Assembly (NCBI GenBank): GCA_023132915.1 | Contig: JAGLXM010000283.1 | Span: 1-47,164 of the forward strand | DNA length: 47,164 nt | Direction of reading: 5' to 3' | Source of the DNA: Candidatus Bipolaricaulota bacterium | GTDB taxonomy: Bacteria; Bipolaricaulota; Bipolaricaulia; UBA7950; UBA9294 | Shown: positions 45,180 to 47,164 of the stretch, in pieces | How positions within the stretch are numbered: position 1 is the first letter of the stretch | How the letters are laid out: every line of letters begins with the position of its first letter | Program-made: the position numbers and the translations under genes | Notes under the pieces: model-generated | What the model was told of the DNA's origin: nothing | The model's input: the letters and a program-made list of their open reading frames with translations, nothing else | Database searches by the model: none

Positions 45180-47060
45180 TCATTCCGCGTCAAGTAGGAA
45201 GGAGACCGGGTTGAAGGTCCAGCCCTGTTCCTTTAATCCTCTAACGAGCCGCTCTAACCTCTCGAGCCCCTCGCCCTGCCGCACGTGGTAGAAGAACGAG
45301 GCAAGTGCGCCATGGGGTAAACCAGAGAGCAGCCGCGCTTCGTTCAGAATCCTTTCCACGTCAGCATCGGGAGAGCTCCCTTTGACATAGTCCAGGTTTG
45401 TTGGTACGTACAGACTGTTTTTGACCTCCACCGGATAGGGGATTAGGTTCAGGTCAAACCCCCAGTGCGGGTTCTCATACAACAGATCGAAGTGCCGTTC
45501 AAAAACGGTGTAGGCCTCTTGTCCTGCGGCATAATGTGGCGTCTCCCAGCCGACAAGGTAGGGGCGCAGGCCAGAGAACTCGACCTCCATCAAGGCATCG
45601 GCTACCCGCTGCTCGGCGTAGTCCGCGCCATCTACGGGAGCACCGCTCTTCTCATCCCAGAACTCGTAGTCCGCTGCCGTCTCACCATCGTATTGGTGCG
45701 TCGCCCCATGGAGGACGAACTCTCCCCCGTCCAAAAGGGCGTTCTTGATCTTCACCCTACTATCGCTGTCCCAGCTCAGGCGGGCCTTTTCGCCACCCGC
45801 GCTCACATATATTGGGATCAAAGCCAACGTAAATGGGACGCCTTCGCTTCGCAGGAATCCGGTTATCGCGAGCAACTGCTCGGAGTCCGTGAAGGGACTG
45901 ATATCTTCAAGCCTCACGAGGGCCACCTTCCCCCGTTCAATCCCGTAGACTTCGTTCAGGATGTCGCAGAAGACAAGATGAGCGCTGAACGGGGCGTAGT
46001 ATGCTGTAGGATGGAACCCCACAAAATAGAAGCATTCTCCGTCCTCTAGATGGCCTTCCTGTTTTGCACTGACGATGATCGGAGCTCCATCGACGGCGGC
46101 ACGCACGCGAGCCAGCTCACTGTCGATTACGTCAACAAAGACGCGATCGGGAGAGAACAGCCCATAACCCACGCCGGAATCCAGATAGAGTAGCTCGCCT
46201 CGGGCATTTCCCGCGGAGAGCATCCCATAGCGCAGCCCACACTTAGGAAGGTACGCCTGGACCTTGTCCAGGTGGTAGCCCAGCCAAACGATCTTTTTCT
46301 TAGTTCTGCCCTCGCTTTCAAAGATATCCTCTATGAGCTCTGGGGGAGGGGGCTGGTCATAGTCCGTGGCATAATAGATGAGCACATCAAAATCCGTTAG
46401 GAGGCCCCGGTGATAGGCCTGATAGATGCCTTCTTGGTAGATGACCTGTACTCGAGTCCGATAGGCTGCCTCGAGCCAGACAGAGAGCCTAGAGACAAAC
46501 GGTTCGGTCAACTCTGTACGTCTTGAGGTAACGATAAGCGTCCGCGTCTCCACCTCTTGGCCAAAGATGCTCCTGATGACGAAGCTCGTGTAGGCCTCGC
46601 AGTAGGTCTCCCCGGACTGGGAAAGGAGCATCGCGTGGACCTGATACTCGCCCATATTCCGAAAAGGCTCTCCTGTTACGGGAAGCGTGAGCAAGGACTC
46701 ATCCCACTCGGCCCCCTTGCGCAGGGAAATGCCTCCTCGATGGGTTAGGGTTACAAAGGTTCCGAACGGCTGCCTCATTTCCACTTCCAGGCGCGCGTTC
46801 TCAATTCTGGGTACGGGTAGGTCGGTGTTTACCTTGAGCCACATGAATAGTTGAATAGACTCATCCGGATGATATTCATACTTGTTGGTCGATATCTCCA
46901 TGACGGCCAGAGGCGTTGCCGCATGCACACGATGGGCCGGTGCCTGTGAGAAGAGGAGAAGCAGCGCGATCCCAACTAGCAGAACCAACCGCCTTCTGTG
47001 TTGTCGCGTCCCCTTTCCAGACTCCGTTTCACTTGCGATTCTCCAGATCAATTTCTTCAT
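45180..47060 (-). CDS. DUF2334 / polysaccharide deacetylase-type protein (YdaL/PssB-like)
   Basis: LVRLEDISP, PFTLALIP, LHGATHQY, DYEFWD, WETPHYAA, ASFFYH; N-terminal TM; SD AAGGAGGT before ATG 47060. Confidence 0.82.
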   Translation of the reverse strand: MKKLIWRIASETESGKGTRQHRRRLVLLVGIALLLLFSQAPAHRVHAATPLAVMEISTNKYEYHPDESIQLFMWLKVNTDLPVPRIENARLEVEMRQPFGTFVTLTHRGGISLRKGAEWDESLLTLPVTGEPFRNMGEYQVHAMLLSQSGETYCEAYTSFVIRSIFGQEVETRTLIVTSRRTELTEPFVSRLSVWLEAAYRTRVQVIYQEGIYQAYHRGLLTDFDVLIYYATDYDQPPPPELIEDIFESEGRTKKKIVWLGYHLDKVQAYLPKCGLRYGMLSAGNARGELLYLDSGVGYGLFSPDRVFVDVIDSELARVRAAVDGAPIIVSAKQEGHLEDGECFYFVGFHPTAYYAPFSAHLVFCDILNEVYGIERGKVALVRLEDISPFTDSEQLLAITGFLRSEGVPFTLALIPIYVSAGGEKARLSWDSDSRVKIKNALLDGGEFVLHGATHQYDGETAADYEFWDEKSGAPVDGADYAEQRVADALMEVEFSGLRPYLVGWETPHYAAGQEAYTVFERHFDLLYENPHWGFDLNLIPYPVEVKNSLYVPTNLDYVKGSSPDADVERILNEARLLSGLPHGALASFFYHVRQGEGLERLERLVRGLKEQGWTFNPVSFLLDAE

Positions 47061-47126
47061 TCTTGATACCTCCTTTTTTCTCTTTCTGCTGCTGTAACTA
47101 CCATTACGGTAAAACGATGGCTTTTG

Positions 47127-47135
47127 TGGTATAAT
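47127..47135 (+). promoter_or_regulatory. Extended -10 element pointing out of the window
   Basis: TGGTATAAT (TGnTATAAT) in the AT-rich region upstream of the EPS operon. Confidence 0.35.
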
Positions 47136-47164
47136 GAAGAAGGCACACAGTGAATAACTCAATT

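Noticed and set aside
1-47164. CRISPR arrays, tRNA/rRNA genes, integrases, prophage genes; the many short antisense ORFs in the track
   Set aside because: No regularly spaced repeats, cloverleaf or rRNA-like segments or recombinase motifs were seen; short ORFs lie opposite or within well-supported genes.

Overview
Bacterial window of about 47 kb from an anaerobe. The gene repertoire looks like Ca. Bipolaricaulota/Acetothermia, but that is an impression and was not tested. Left part (1-6.9 kb): folE, a DUF5693 membrane protein, an SpoIVB-type S55 peptidase, murF, and a hicB-hicA cassette nested inside a decayed older hicB/hicA pair and bounded by a 25-bp duplication of the kdgK 3' end. Centre (6.9-31.5 kb): one co-oriented minus-strand catabolic cluster. 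It runs IclR regulator, peptide-type ABC transporter lacking ATPases, corrinoid methyltransferase set (non-pyrrolysine MttB, corrinoid protein, UroD/MtaA-like), SDR, M29-like metallohydrolase, hydantoin-racemase-like, Fe-S flavoprotein, DUF917, aldehyde:ferredoxin oxidoreductase plus ferredoxin, two PLP aminotransferases, a glycyl-radical-enzyme (GRE) homologue plus activase, nitroreductase, eda and kdgK. The standout is that the GRE homologue has Ala in place of the radical-bearing Gly (RVAAY, not RVAGY) while keeping its catalytic Cys and an intact activase. It is a candidate alanyl (aminoacyl) radical enzyme in a pathway of unknown substrate. Right part (31.8-47 kb): Lon-like protease, PLD-family protein, NfeD, an apparently orphaned c-di-GMP-I riboswitch, and a convergent yda/pss-like exopolysaccharide operon (DUF2334, RHH protein, GT2, GH8-like/GH113 fusion, GH113, VTC/CotH deletion scar, wecB). 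No rRNA, tRNA or CRISPR array was seen. All calls come from reading motifs by eye; no searches were run.
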